Source: Coraliomargarita sp.
GTDB lineage: Bacteria; Verrucomicrobiota; Verrucomicrobiia; Opitutales; Coraliomargaritaceae
Direction of reading: 5' to 3'
Assembly (NCBI GenBank): GCA_965216325.1
Contig: OZ244160.1
Coordinates: 1,696,001 to 1,760,000 of the forward strand
Length of the DNA stretch: 64,000 bases
Below are positions 53,148 through 63,899 of this stretch, in pieces. The position numbers were made by a program, and so were the translations under genes. Within the stretch, counting starts at the first letter, position 1. Every line of letters begins with the position of its first letter. Under the pieces are notes generated by a model. It worked only from the letters and a program-made list of their open reading frames with translations. It was not told the origin of the DNA and did no database searches.

Positions 53148-53744
53148 ATGACCGCACTTATTGTTCTCGGAGTCCTCCTTGTTCTAGCCATCGGCCTCGC
53201 CCTGTTTGTAATGGGCATTTACAACTCGTTGGTCGCACTACGAAACCGCTTTAAGAATGCCTTCTCGCAGATCGATGTGCAGTTGAAGCGCCGCTACGAT
53301 TTGATCCCGAACCTCGTTGAAACGGCCAAGGCTTATCTCTCACACGAGCGCGAGACCCTTGAAGCGGTGATCCAAGCCCGCAATGGAGCCGCCAGCGCAG
53401 CCAGCACTGCAGCCGCAAACCCGGATGATGCGGGTGCCATCAAAGCACTGATGGGCGCTGAAACCGCACTGACGGGTGCGATGGGCAAATTCTTTGCACT
53501 GTCCGAAGCCTATCCGGACCTCAAAGCCAACCAGAACATGAGCCAGCTCACCGAGGAGCTGACTTCAACTGAAAACAAAATCGCATTTGCCCGTCAGGCC
53601 TACAACGACTCGGTCATGACCTACAACACCAAGCGCGAGAGCTTCCCGGACACGATCATCGCCAGCATGTTCAACTTCAAGGAAGCGCAGCTTTACGAAA
53701 TCACCGAAACTGCCGAGCGCGAAGCGGTAAAAGTCGAATTTTAA
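53148..53744 (+). CDS. lemA: LemA family protein
   Basis: YNSLV, QIDVQLKRRYDLIPNLVE, EAYPDLKAN, ENKIAFARQAYN. Confidence 0.95.
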   Translation: MTALIVLGVLLVLAIGLALFVMGIYNSLVALRNRFKNAFSQIDVQLKRRYDLIPNLVETAKAYLSHERETLEAVIQARNGAASAASTAAANPDDAGAIKALMGAETALTGAMGKFFALSEAYPDLKANQNMSQLTEELTSTENKIAFARQAYNDSVMTYNTKRESFPDTIIASMFNFKEAQLYEITETAEREAVKVEF

Positions 53745-53748
53745 TCAA

Positions 53749-53816
53749 GGTAGCGCAGGCGCGTCTCGCGCCGCAGTTCATCTGTAGGTGCGCACCGAGA
53801 CGGTGCTGCGCTACCC
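53749..53816. repeat. GTAG-type REP doublet, family A
   Basis: ggtagcgcaggcgcgtctcgcgccgca and inverted gcgcaccgagacggtgctgcgctaccc. Confidence 0.85.
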
Positions 53817-53831
53817 TCAGAATTTCTCTTC

Positions 53832-55739
53832 ATGGACTTTTTCGACGCTCAAGAACAGGCGCGTAAGCGCACCGTATGGATGGTCGTGCTGTTTGGCCTC
53901 GCGGTGCTATGCATCGCACTAGCGATCTATGGCGTCACACTCGGTGCGCAGTATTACCTGTTCGGCGACAACAAGCCGCCAAAGCCGCAATTCGGCGGTT
54001 TCTGGCAACCGAAGCTCTTGCTCGGCAGCCTGATCGGGGTCGGCGCACTGGTTTCCATCTGCTCAGCGTTCAAGATCACCCAACTCAAATCCGGTGGCAG
54101 CTATGTCGCGAAGTCTGTTGGCGGCCGCGAGATCAATCCAAACACCCAAGACGCCGATGAGCACAAGCTCCTCAACGTGGTCGAAGAAATGGCCATCGCC
54201 TCAGGCGTGCCGATGCCTGCCGTGTTCATCATGGAGGAAGAGGGCATCAATGGTTTTGCCGCGGGATTCCAACCCGCCGATGCTGCGATCGCGATTACCC
54301 GCGGCTGTATTCGCTCACTCTCTCGCGACGAGTTGCAAGGCGTGGTCGCTCATGAGTTCAGCCACATCCTCAACGGCGACATGCGCATGAACATCCGACT
54401 CATGGGTGTGCTCTTCGGCATCTTAGTCATCGCCGTAATCGGCCAAACCATTCTCCGCGGCAGTGCGGAGGCCAATTTCTGGAGCGGCGGCAGTCGTCGC
54501 AATAAGGAAGGAGGCGGTGCCATCATCGCAATCATGGCATTATCTGCCGCAGTGATGGCGATCGGTTACATCGGGGTCTTCTTCGGACGCTTAATTCAGA
54601 GCGCGATTTCGCGCCAGCGTGAATTCCTCGCCGACGCCGCTGCGGTGCAGTTCACCCGCAACCCCGACAGCATCGGAGGCGCCCTTAAAAAGATCGGCGG
54701 CTCCAGTATGCGCGGCCGCGTGAATAATCCGCACGCTCAGGAATGCGCACACTGCTTCTTTGCCAATGCGGTGAGTTCACTCGGCGGCGGCTTTGCGACC
54801 CACCCCCCACTCGACCAACGTATTCGCGCAATCGAGCCGAACTGGGACGGCAAATTTGTCAGCCCAGAGGCCGCTCGCCGCAAAAAAACGGCACCGCCGA
54901 AACTCCCGAAAAAACAGCAGAAGCCCGACGAATTTATCCAATCCATTGGCCAACTTGGCGCAGCGACTATTCTCATGGCCGAAACATTGCGCAAAGACCT
55001 CGAGGCCCCTCTAGAGCAAATCCATGCCAGTCGCGAAGAAGCCGGAGCCGCCTTGCTGGCACTACAAATAACAGCCAGTGCCGAAGCCGACGACGAAGCC
55101 CAATTGGCGATTTTAGAAACAGCTGTCATCACCTCCGTCCATGCGAAGGTTCGCGAATGGCTGCCGAGAGTCCGCGATCTGGATCTCAACCATCGCTTCG
55201 CTCTGTTGGAACTGGCACTGCCACGCGCAGTAGGTGATGCATCCCAAACCCTTCAGGTCTTGCAGCACTGCCTGAGAGAGCTCGCTCAACACGACGGCCA
55301 AATCGAACTCGAGGAACTGGCCCTGCTACGGATTACCAAGAACTTCGCCGAGAACCGCGCCCAGCCACATCGGCAGTTCAAGGCGCTTTCACCACAGGCG
55401 CTGCAGCAGCCAATCGCCGTGCTCTTTTCCGCTCTGGCGCATCACTCGGACCAGAATGAGGAAGCGAAGCAAAGCGCGTTCACAACCGGCACCCGCAGCT
55501 TCAACCGCTACCTGCTCCAGCAGCCCGAACTACTCCCAGCGGACGCAATCACCTATGAGCAGCTGGAGGCGACACTCGATCAAGTCGCGCATTTACCACT
55601 GCCTCAAAAGAAGGCGCTCTTTGCTGGTGCACTGGAAACCATTCTGGCCGATGGCAAAGTCGAGCCTAACGAACTCAGCTTAATCCGCGTGCTCGCAGCC
55701 TGCCTAGACCTGCCGATGCCACCGCTGCAGCTGTCTTAA
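53832..55739 (+). CDS. M48 (HtpX-like) metalloprotease with C-terminal helical (TerB-like) extension
   Basis: NVVEEMAIA, INGFAAG, AHEFSH, ISRQREFLADA, ATHPPL..RI; follows lemA. Confidence 0.9.
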   Translation: MDFFDAQEQARKRTVWMVVLFGLAVLCIALAIYGVTLGAQYYLFGDNKPPKPQFGGFWQPKLLLGSLIGVGALVSICSAFKITQLKSGGSYVAKSVGGREINPNTQDADEHKLLNVVEEMAIASGVPMPAVFIMEEEGINGFAAGFQPADAAIAITRGCIRSLSRDELQGVVAHEFSHILNGDMRMNIRLMGVLFGILVIAVIGQTILRGSAEANFWSGGSRRNKEGGGAIIAIMALSAAVMAIGYIGVFFGRLIQSAISRQREFLADAAAVQFTRNPDSIGGALKKIGGSSMRGRVNNPHAQECAHCFFANAVSSLGGGFATHPPLDQRIRAIEPNWDGKFVSPEAARRKKTAPPKLPKKQQKPDEFIQSIGQLGAATILMAETLRKDLEAPLEQIHASREEAGAALLALQITASAEADDEAQLAILETAVITSVHAKVREWLPRVRDLDLNHRFALLELALPRAVGDASQTLQVLQHCLRELAQHDGQIELEELALLRITKNFAENRAQPHRQFKALSPQALQQPIAVLFSALAHHSDQNEEAKQSAFTTGTRSFNRYLLQQPELLPADAITYEQLEATLDQVAHLPLPQKKALFAGALETILADGKVEPNELSLIRVLAACLDLPMPPLQLS

Positions 55740-55832
55740 CAGTCCGTAGGGCCTTTGCTTGCAAAGCGCCGGCTAGGTAGCACTCCGATAATAGTTTGCC
55801 GAACAAACAGGCTTAGCTACACTCCCGAAATA

Positions 55833-56255
55833 ATGAGCGAATGGATTGAGCAAAACCAAAGCCTACTACAATGGCTGGGCAGTCTTTCGCTGCTGATGTT
55901 CGTGCTCAGCTTGGTCGCACTGGCGCTTGCCATAATCTTCCTCCCGCAGGACTACTTTGTCCGCGACCAGCGTCCGAGCTGCCACCAACGGCCAGTGCCC
56001 CCCATCCTCTGGGCAATCCTCATCATCCTGAAGAATGTGATCGGCTGCCTGCTCATTCTACTCGGACTCATACTACTGCTCCTCCCTGGGCAGGGCCTGC
56101 TGACGATCTTAATTGGTATTTCCATGACGAACTTTCCCGGCAAATACAGACTCGAACGCCGCCTTGTGAGTCGCCCTACGATCCATAAAAGCCTAGATGC
56201 AATCCGCAGCTGGGCCAATCGCCCGCCACTTTTGATACCAGACGCAACTAAGTAG
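55833..56255 (+). CDS. PGPGW-family small membrane protein
   Basis: Two TM regions, LP.DYF, LLPGQGLLTILIG. Confidence 0.75.
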   Translation: MSEWIEQNQSLLQWLGSLSLLMFVLSLVALALAIIFLPQDYFVRDQRPSCHQRPVPPILWAILIILKNVIGCLLILLGLILLLLPGQGLLTILIGISMTNFPGKYRLERRLVSRPTIHKSLDAIRSWANRPPLLIPDATK

Positions 56256-56278
56256 CACAGGCGTCTCGCCTGTGCTAC
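56252..56278. repeat. Perfect GTAG-ended palindrome between convergent genes
   Basis: gtagcacaggcg-tct-cgcctgtgctac; related copy at 60867-60890. Confidence 0.75.
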
Positions 56279-56279
56279 C

Positions 56280-56561
56280 TCACTCAGCCTTCAGCCAAGC
56301 AATCGTTGCGCCCCAGCCACCTTCCGTCTGATCACCGATCCGGAAATTCTCGACCAGCGGATGCTTCTTCAGAATTGCGTGCACCGTCTCGCGTAAAGTG
56401 CCAATGCCTTTGCCATGGATAATCCGGACACGGGTATACCCCTTCTCCAAAGCCAGCTCGATGTAATCTGGCACCAACTCCCCGACCTCCGATGGGCGGA
56501 AAGTGTGCAGGTCCAACTCATCGGTAATCTCAAATTCAATGGGCTCTTGGTCGTCGTGCAT
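56280..56561 (-). CDS. Stand-alone Smr/MutS2 domain protein
   Basis: LDLHTF, RIIHGKGIGTLR..V...L, GGWGAT. Confidence 0.9.
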   Translation of the reverse strand: MHDDQEPIEFEITDELDLHTFRPSEVGELVPDYIELALEKGYTRVRIIHGKGIGTLRETVHAILKKHPLVENFRIGDQTEGGWGATIAWLKAE

Positions 56562-56571
56562 GGTTTTAAAA

Positions 56572-56796
56572 TTAACAAACTTTGCTCCAGGCGCTACTCC
56601 ATTTCCATGCTTCTGGCGTATAACACAAATTCGCTTTGACCGGGTTCTCGTGGATGTAAGCGACCGTTGCGTCGAAATGCTTCTGATTGCGCATATAGCG
56701 ATCCCAATACTCTCGGTGCCAAATGGGCTGATCACTGATGGGATCGCCAGACTCCCGCCTGGCTGTTTGCGGGCTCGACTCTGACGAGCTGCTCAT
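56572..56796 (-). pseudogene. C-terminal remnant of a REP-associated tyrosine transposase (RAYT/Y1)
   Basis: IWHREYWDRYMRN......YIHENPVKANL....W.WSS matches the RAYT C-terminus; no HUH part upstream, where rmuC ends at 56831. Confidence 0.8.
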
Positions 56797-56828
56797 GCGT
56801 AAATGCCGGACAGGAGTCCGGCGCTCTC
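56740..56828. repeat. REP doublet overlapping the RAYT remnant
   Basis: gggatcgccagactcccgcctggc and inverted gagagcgccggactcctgtccggc. Confidence 0.7.
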
Positions 56829-56830
56829 AA

Positions 56831-58141
56831 CTACTCCTCTTCCTTAGGCAACGTGGGCATTTTCTCAATCGCTTTTACCTCAGCCAGCTCGTCCGCAGAG
56901 GCACTCTCAAGCGCTTCAAACTTCCTTGCTGTCACCATCAGGCGACTTTCTACAGAACTAATCGCCTTGTTATAGTGACCTACGGATTGATCAAGGCTCT
57001 TACCGAGCTTGGTGAAGTGGCCGACCACGACTCCGATACGATCGTAGAGTTCTTTGCCCAGAGCGCTGATTTCTTTGGCCTCGCGGGCGATGGCCTCTTG
57101 CTGCCAGCCGTAGGCGATTGCTTTCAGCAGTGCGATCAGCGTCGTCGGTGTCGCAAGGATCACGCGGTTCTCGACGCCCTGCTCGATCAACTGTGGATCC
57201 TGTTCCAGCGCGGCACTGAAGATCGCCTCGTTCGGAATAAACAGCACCACAAATTCGGGCGCGTTGTCGAACTGACTCCAATACTTCTTCTGCGAGAGGC
57301 CCTTAATGTGATCGCGAATGTGGCGCGCGTGACGCTCCAGCTGAGTCTGCTTTGCGGTAGGATCGGCTTCGTCCAGTGCGTCGAGGTAGGCAGCCAGCGG
57401 CACCTTCGAGTCGACCACCACTTGGCGCTCGTTGGGCAAACGGATCAACATATCGGGACGCAAGCGATCCCCCTCGTCCGTTTCGACCGAGGCTTGCTCC
57501 TCGAAGTCGCAGTAATTAATCATCCCCGCGAGCTCAACGGTGCGGCGTAATTGCATTTCGCCCCAGCGGCCACGCCCCTCCGGCTTACGCAAGGCGCTGA
57601 CCAGGTTCGTCGTCGTCTCGCTGAGGCGCAGCTGTGAGTCGGCAAGTTGCTGGAGCTGTTGCTTGAGGCTGGCGTCGGTCTCCGTGCGGCGCTCTTCGAT
57701 TTTGTGCACACGCTCGTTAAACAACTTCAGCGCTTCGCCCACTGGCTCGACCGTTTTGTTGATCGCCTGCTGACGTTTCTCCAAGTCGCCCTTCGCACCT
57801 TCCTGATATTTCTCCAGTGTGGTCTTCGCAAGATTGAGAAAGGACTCGTTGTTCTTGGACAGCGCATCGGCGGACAAGGCTTTGAAGCTCTCCTGTAATT
57901 TGGCCTTGGTTTCTTCCAGTAAAGCCAGCTTCTCGTTGGCAGCTTTGAGCTCAGCTTCACGTTGGGCTTCGATGCGCGCAAGGGACTCCTTCGCAGCTGC
58001 GTGTTCACTACGCAGCTCGTCACGCTCTGCTTCAGCAGCGGAGAGCGACTGCTGTGTGCGTTTCTGCGAACTGCCCAATAGCATGTAAACGAGTCCCGCA
58101 CCTGTCAGAACACCCACGACTACACCGATCAAAATCTCCAT
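56831..58141 (-). CDS. rmuC: DNA recombination protein RmuC
   Basis: N-terminal TM, coiled coil, RGRWGE.QL, RPD.LI.LP, VDSKVP, FVVLFIP.E, ATPTTL. Confidence 0.95.
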   Translation of the reverse strand: MEILIGVVVGVLTGAGLVYMLLGSSQKRTQQSLSAAEAERDELRSEHAAAKESLARIEAQREAELKAANEKLALLEETKAKLQESFKALSADALSKNNESFLNLAKTTLEKYQEGAKGDLEKRQQAINKTVEPVGEALKLFNERVHKIEERRTETDASLKQQLQQLADSQLRLSETTTNLVSALRKPEGRGRWGEMQLRRTVELAGMINYCDFEEQASVETDEGDRLRPDMLIRLPNERQVVVDSKVPLAAYLDALDEADPTAKQTQLERHARHIRDHIKGLSQKKYWSQFDNAPEFVVLFIPNEAIFSAALEQDPQLIEQGVENRVILATPTTLIALLKAIAYGWQQEAIAREAKEISALGKELYDRIGVVVGHFTKLGKSLDQSVGHYNKAISSVESRLMVTARKFEALESASADELAEVKAIEKMPTLPKEEE

Positions 58142-58222
58142 GTCGTGATTCAGCCACATTTCAGTAAACTGGCAATCGTGGACTTGACGACTTTGCTATT
58201 ATCCGCCCTGTTTCAACACCCG

Positions 58223-58600
58223 ATGCACACACAACAACAGACCAGCAGCTTACTGACCCGAATTATTTCGGGATGCTTGGCTGTGTTCATTCTGTTGCTG
58301 GGCATTGCAACGGTCAGCCCACAGATACACGAGGCACTCCATGCCGGAGACGCTGAGCATCAATGTGGTGGCCATCACCACAATCACCCGGAGCCTCCGG
58401 CAGATGACTGCGACAAGGCGCCGACCTGTGCGGTTAGCTTTTTCGACAATGGCGCCACTTCGGTGATGCCACTCGTTGAGCTCCCGGCGCGCACCGATGT
58501 CATACTCGCGATTGTTTCGCTAGGTGCGGAAATCGTCTGGTGTGGGCAAACTCCGATTCGGCGCTGCAGTCGCGCCCCACCGATAGAAAACGTTGTGTAA
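58223..58600 (+). CDS. His/Cys-rich leader protein with C-terminal RAPP motif (DUF2946-like)
   Basis: TM/signal helix, HEALH..HQC..HHHNH..C...CAV, ends CSRAPPIENVV; upstream of a TonB receptor. Confidence 0.7.
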   Translation: MHTQQQTSSLLTRIISGCLAVFILLLGIATVSPQIHEALHAGDAEHQCGGHHHNHPEPPADDCDKAPTCAVSFFDNGATSVMPLVELPARTDVILAIVSLGAEIVWCGQTPIRRCSRAPPIENVV

Positions 58601-58611
58601 CTAACAGCCAA

Positions 58612-58681
58612 GGTAGGGCTCGTTGTCCCCAACGAGCCGCTTCAGATCTAACGCGGTTCGATAAGGATATCGAACTCTACC
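58612..58681. repeat. GTAG-type REP doublet
   Basis: ggtagggctcgttgtccccaacgagccg and inverted cggttcgataaggatatcgaactctacc. Confidence 0.65.
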
Positions 58682-58742
58682 CTGTAAAAACCAGGCGTGC
58701 ACCGAGCACACCAACCACCAACAACAGTTTTCTATCAATTCT

Positions 58743-60794
58743 ATGAATCGTTTATTTTTTAAACGCGGTGCACTTGCTTGCACTGCATTGGGCCTAGCCT
58801 CCCAATTCGCATACGCCAAATCGTCCGAAGAGACGATTTATGAACTCGACGAGTATATCGTCTCCGCCGGTCCAGGCCTGCGCTCGATCGCTGACTACGC
58901 ATCTCCAGTGAATGTCGTCACCTCCGAGGAACTAACCCGTCAGAGTAGCGGCACCCTCGGCGACGTGCTTGACTGGCAGCCAGGTGTGACCAGCAGCTCC
59001 TTTTCCAGTGGTGCCAGCCGCCCAATCCTACGTGGCTTTGACGGCCCGCGCGTTCGTATCCTGGAATCCGGCTTAGATACCGCCGACGTTTCAGACACCA
59101 GTCCGGACCACGGTGTTGCCGCTGAGCCACTCCTCACTGAGCGCATCGAAGTGCTCCGCGGCCCAGCAACTCTGCTCTATGGTAGCTCCGCGATCGGTGG
59201 TGCCGTCAATGTGATCGGCAAAGAAATCCCTCGCCAACCGGTCGACCCGACGGGTTATGAAGGCGGTTTCGAAGCTCGCTACGATACAGTTGCCGATGGC
59301 GAGACCTTCCTTGGTTACACAACCGTCGGCCAAGAGAAATGGGCACTGACTGTGACCGCTCTCGATCGCGATTTCGATGACTACGAGATCCCCGACGATG
59401 CTCAGGATCATGACGAGGATGAAGAACACAGCGGCAGCACACTGGAGAACAGCTTCTTCGAAAGCACTCAATACTCCATCGGTGGCAGCTGGTTCTTCAC
59501 TCAGGACAACCGCCTGAGCTTCAGCTATGCACGCTATGAGTCGGAGTATGGCATCCCGGGCCATGGCCACAGCGAACACCATGATGATCCAGACCCAGAT
59601 CCAGATCACGAAGAAGAGTCCGTAGCGATCGACTTAGAGCGTGACCGCTACGACATGGAGCTCGAGCTCGTCGATCCAGCCGAATGGTTCACCGCACTTC
59701 GCCTACGTCTTGCTTACACGGACTATGAGCACGAAGAGTATAGTGACGACGAATCCAACATTTTTAAACGTGATGGTTGGGAACTCCGCACCGAAGCAGC
59801 ACATACTCCATGGTGGATCATCGACCAAGGCGTCATCGGCATCCAAGCATCCGACTCGGACTTCGAGATCATCGGCGACGAATCATTCGTCGAACCATCG
59901 ACCACTCAGACTCAAGCGGTCTTCGTAACGCAGCATATCCACAACGGTGACCTGCACTACGAATTCGGTGGCCGTATCGAACGCGCAGATATCGACATCG
60001 ACGATAGCAGCCTCGACGACTACGACGAAGTGACCTTCAGCTTCGCAGCCTCTGCGATCTGGAATATCGACGAAGTCAATTCGCTCGCTCTCGTGCTACA
60101 ACGCGCCGAGCGCCACCCGAACGCGACCGAGCTGTATGCCGAAGGCGTGCACCATGCCATCGGCATCTATGAGCGTGGCGACGACGACCTCGACAAGGAA
60201 ACCGCATACGGCGTCGACCTGACCTACCGCACCACGATTGCTGGCTGGGCCACCGAAGTCTCCGCCTTCTACACCTACTTCGACGACTACATCTTCGCCG
60301 AAGAAACCGACGAAGAAATCGACGAGGAGCACGTCTTCCAATATGTTGGCGTTGAAGCTGAATTCTACGGTTTCGAAGCTGCGGTGTCGACCGACCTCGT
60401 GCGCACCGACAGCAGCGCACTAACACTCGGGTTCATGGCCGATTACGTTCGCGCAACCAATGAAGACAGCGGTGACGACCTACCACGCATCCCACCAATG
60501 CGTATCGGTTCCCGCCTTGGCTGGCAAACTGGCAACTGGGACATGGGCGGCGAACTGCGCTATGCTTTCAAACAGGACGACACCGGCCCGGAAGAGACTG
60601 AAACAGACGATTACGTCGAGCTGAATCTCGATGTGAACTACACCTTCGATCTCGGCAACAACCTCACGGCGGTCGTCTTTGCTCGTGCTGAAAACCTGCT
60701 CGATGAGGAAATCCGCCTGCACACTTCCTTCACCAAGGATCAAGCACCACTACCAGGACGCAACCTGACGATCGGTGCACGCTTCGAGTTCTAA
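58743..60794 (+). CDS. TonB-dependent receptor, ZnuD-like (probable Zn/metal uptake)
   Basis: Plug motifs GASRPILRG, DVSDTSPDH, IEVLRGPATLLYGS; His/acidic loops; LPRIPP; C-terminal PGRN...F.F. Confidence 0.9.
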   Translation: MNRLFFKRGALACTALGLASQFAYAKSSEETIYELDEYIVSAGPGLRSIADYASPVNVVTSEELTRQSSGTLGDVLDWQPGVTSSSFSSGASRPILRGFDGPRVRILESGLDTADVSDTSPDHGVAAEPLLTERIEVLRGPATLLYGSSAIGGAVNVIGKEIPRQPVDPTGYEGGFEARYDTVADGETFLGYTTVGQEKWALTVTALDRDFDDYEIPDDAQDHDEDEEHSGSTLENSFFESTQYSIGGSWFFTQDNRLSFSYARYESEYGIPGHGHSEHHDDPDPDPDHEEESVAIDLERDRYDMELELVDPAEWFTALRLRLAYTDYEHEEYSDDESNIFKRDGWELRTEAAHTPWWIIDQGVIGIQASDSDFEIIGDESFVEPSTTQTQAVFVTQHIHNGDLHYEFGGRIERADIDIDDSSLDDYDEVTFSFAASAIWNIDEVNSLALVLQRAERHPNATELYAEGVHHAIGIYERGDDDLDKETAYGVDLTYRTTIAGWATEVSAFYTYFDDYIFAEETDEEIDEEHVFQYVGVEAEFYGFEAAVSTDLVRTDSSALTLGFMADYVRATNEDSGDDLPRIPPMRIGSRLGWQTGNWDMGGELRYAFKQDDTGPEETETDDYVELNLDVNYTFDLGNNLTAVVFARAENLLDEEIRLHTSFTKDQAPLPGRNLTIGARFEF

Positions 60795-60822
60795 GCACAC
60801 AGCAAAAGTAATACTTAATCAC

Positions 60823-60854
60823 AACGCGGGGTTCCAATGGGCCCTGCGTTTTTT
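60823..60854 (+). terminator. Intrinsic terminator after the TonB receptor
   Basis: aacgcgggg..ccctgcgtt plus T run. Confidence 0.75.
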
Positions 60855-61099
60855 ATATGGTCAGACGTAGCTTAGGCGTCTCGCCTGAGCCTCAACCAGG
60901 CCTGAACATTGTATTCCTATTGATTCCTGTCACTGCTGTGTTGAGGGCCACAAAAAGCACAAGGACACACACAAACTAAGCTCGGCATATGGATCCTTTT
61001 CGTGACGATTTATCAATGCCACGGTGCCCCGCCTGAACAGCCGGCAGCCAAGCGTTGATTCATGTTGATACCTGTGTGCCACTGAACATTATTCAAGCT

Positions 61100-61531
61100 G
61101 TGTCCGACGCGAGTATAGTTACCCAGATCACCCAAGCACTCAAAGAGAGTGGCGCCCGCATGACGAAGAAGCGCGCGAAGATCCTCTGCGCGATGGAAAC
61201 CTTCGATCATCCTGCGACCGCCGAAGAAATCCGCGAGCGCGCCGAACTGCCACCGAGTGATTTGGTCACCGTTTATCGTAATCTTGAGGCCTTCGATGCC
61301 ATCCATGCTCTGCAGCGCATCCCTCTGGAAAACGGCACGCAACTGTTTGAGCTCACTGCTCCCGGCGAACACTATCACCATTTAATCTGCCGCAGTTGCC
61401 ACAAAGCAGAACGCCTCGACCTTTGCGTCGGGCACGACGTCGAACACAAAGCCAAAGCCAAAGGCTTTACCGAGGTCACTCACCTACTCGAGGTTTACGG
61501 CGTCTGCGACGAGTGCGACGACGAAGCGTAG
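61100..61531 (+). CDS. Fur-family regulator (probably Zur-like); start uncertain
   Basis: RMTKKR..IL, TVYRNL, HYHHLICRSC, YGVCDEC. Confidence 0.9.
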   Translation: MSDASIVTQITQALKESGARMTKKRAKILCAMETFDHPATAEEIRERAELPPSDLVTVYRNLEAFDAIHALQRIPLENGTQLFELTAPGEHYHHLICRSCHKAERLDLCVGHDVEHKAKAKGFTEVTHLLEVYGVCDECDDEA

Positions 61532-61608
61532 TGCGCGCACTTGTGCGTCACTCAGGCCTAAACCATGCACCCACAAGTGGAGCATCTACGAATCTCTCAG
61601 GAAGCACC

Positions 61609-62088
61609 TCAGTGCGAGCACTTTGCGCGGCGGCAAAGGCGATAGTTACGCACATGTCCACTCGCGAGGAACAGACCGCCGAGCGTGTTGATCCACGCCG
61701 CAGTTTGCATCGGCACCGCCTCCTCATTCATATCACGCACACAGTGTGGACAATGTGCACCGTCCTCTGTTGCATGCGTCGCAGCATTTTGACGCTCAAC
61801 GATCAAGGCACACAGCAACACACTGACACCCAGTGCACTTAAGGTAGCCACCCATTTGTCCTTGTGCTTACGGCACCCCATGTAGATCGCAAAGCTCGTG
61901 GTCGGAATGACCAGATACAGCATCCAAAGGTGAAAATCCTGATGCACAAAGAAGGAGGTAGCGATGATTGGCAGCATCACAACGAGCACAGGCGTCAACA
62001 AGCAGTGAACTGCGCAAATCGCAGCCATACTGATCGCTAACTTATCCACCCAACCGTGGGAATTGCACTGTGCAGAGGCCTCTTTCAT
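61609..62088 (-). CDS. MerC-domain membrane protein
   Basis: DKLAI..AAICAVHCLLTP, GCRKH, His-rich HCPHC loop, GH..NYR. Confidence 0.85.
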   Translation of the reverse strand: MKEASAQCNSHGWVDKLAISMAAICAVHCLLTPVLVVMLPIIATSFFVHQDFHLWMLYLVIPTTSFAIYMGCRKHKDKWVATLSALGVSVLLCALIVERQNAATHATEDGAHCPHCVRDMNEEAVPMQTAAWINTLGGLFLASGHVRNYRLCRRAKCSH

Positions 62089-62101
62089 GAATAGCGGGAA
62101 G

Positions 62102-62124
62102 TTAATGCAAAAGACTTGCAATAA
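62102..62124. promoter_or_regulatory. Palindromic operator upstream of the MerC-domain gene (candidate Fur/Zur box)
   Basis: ttaaTGCAAaagacTTGCAataa inverted repeat ~14 nt upstream of the start codon, next to a Fur-family gene. Confidence 0.6.
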
Positions 62125-62441
62125 GTTCAAGTGTCAAATTCACACCTCATTTTGACCGAAGCCGATGCACAAGGACAAAGTAGAAGCGCACTTCCAGCCG
62201 CTTCATGTCAGGCAGCTTCTACTTTGGGCGAAGCCAGCACCCCAGTGCCACTTTAGCAAATGCTCAGCCGAACAGGAGCCGATGCCTTCTCCCCCAAAGC
62301 GTTTGCTAAAGCAGCACGCGACGACGCCCCGCCACTCCCAACCCACGCTTCTAGGTCCAATTAGGCCGAATGATGATTTCGGCGCATATTTGACAAAGTT
62401 TTCCTCCAGCGGTCTAGCTCTGCAACCAAGCAGCACCCCCC

Positions 62442-63764
<1,323 letters not shown>

Positions 63765-63781
63765 TAGCTTGGACACCAAAG

Positions 63782-63882
63782 CACCACCCCGCCCTACGGG
63801 CACCCCTCCTCATCAAGGAGGAGAGTTCCCCGAAGCTCCTCCCTGCCAAGGGGGAGTCGCCCACTCGCAGGGTGAGAGGGGT
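63782..63882. repeat. Palindrome-rich REP-like insert between cydA and cydB
   Basis: caccccgccctacgggcacccctcc..ggaggag and ctccc..gggggag..gaggggt hairpins. Confidence 0.6.
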
Positions 63883-63899
63883 CTTAACCGGATTTTAGT

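Noticed and set aside
56562..56735. N-terminal extension of the Smr ORF in the ORF track
   Set aside because: An alternative frame of the RAYT remnant; Smr homology starts at ATG 56561
61609..62088. Mercury resistance operon
   Set aside because: No merA, merR, merT or merP; the context is metal uptake
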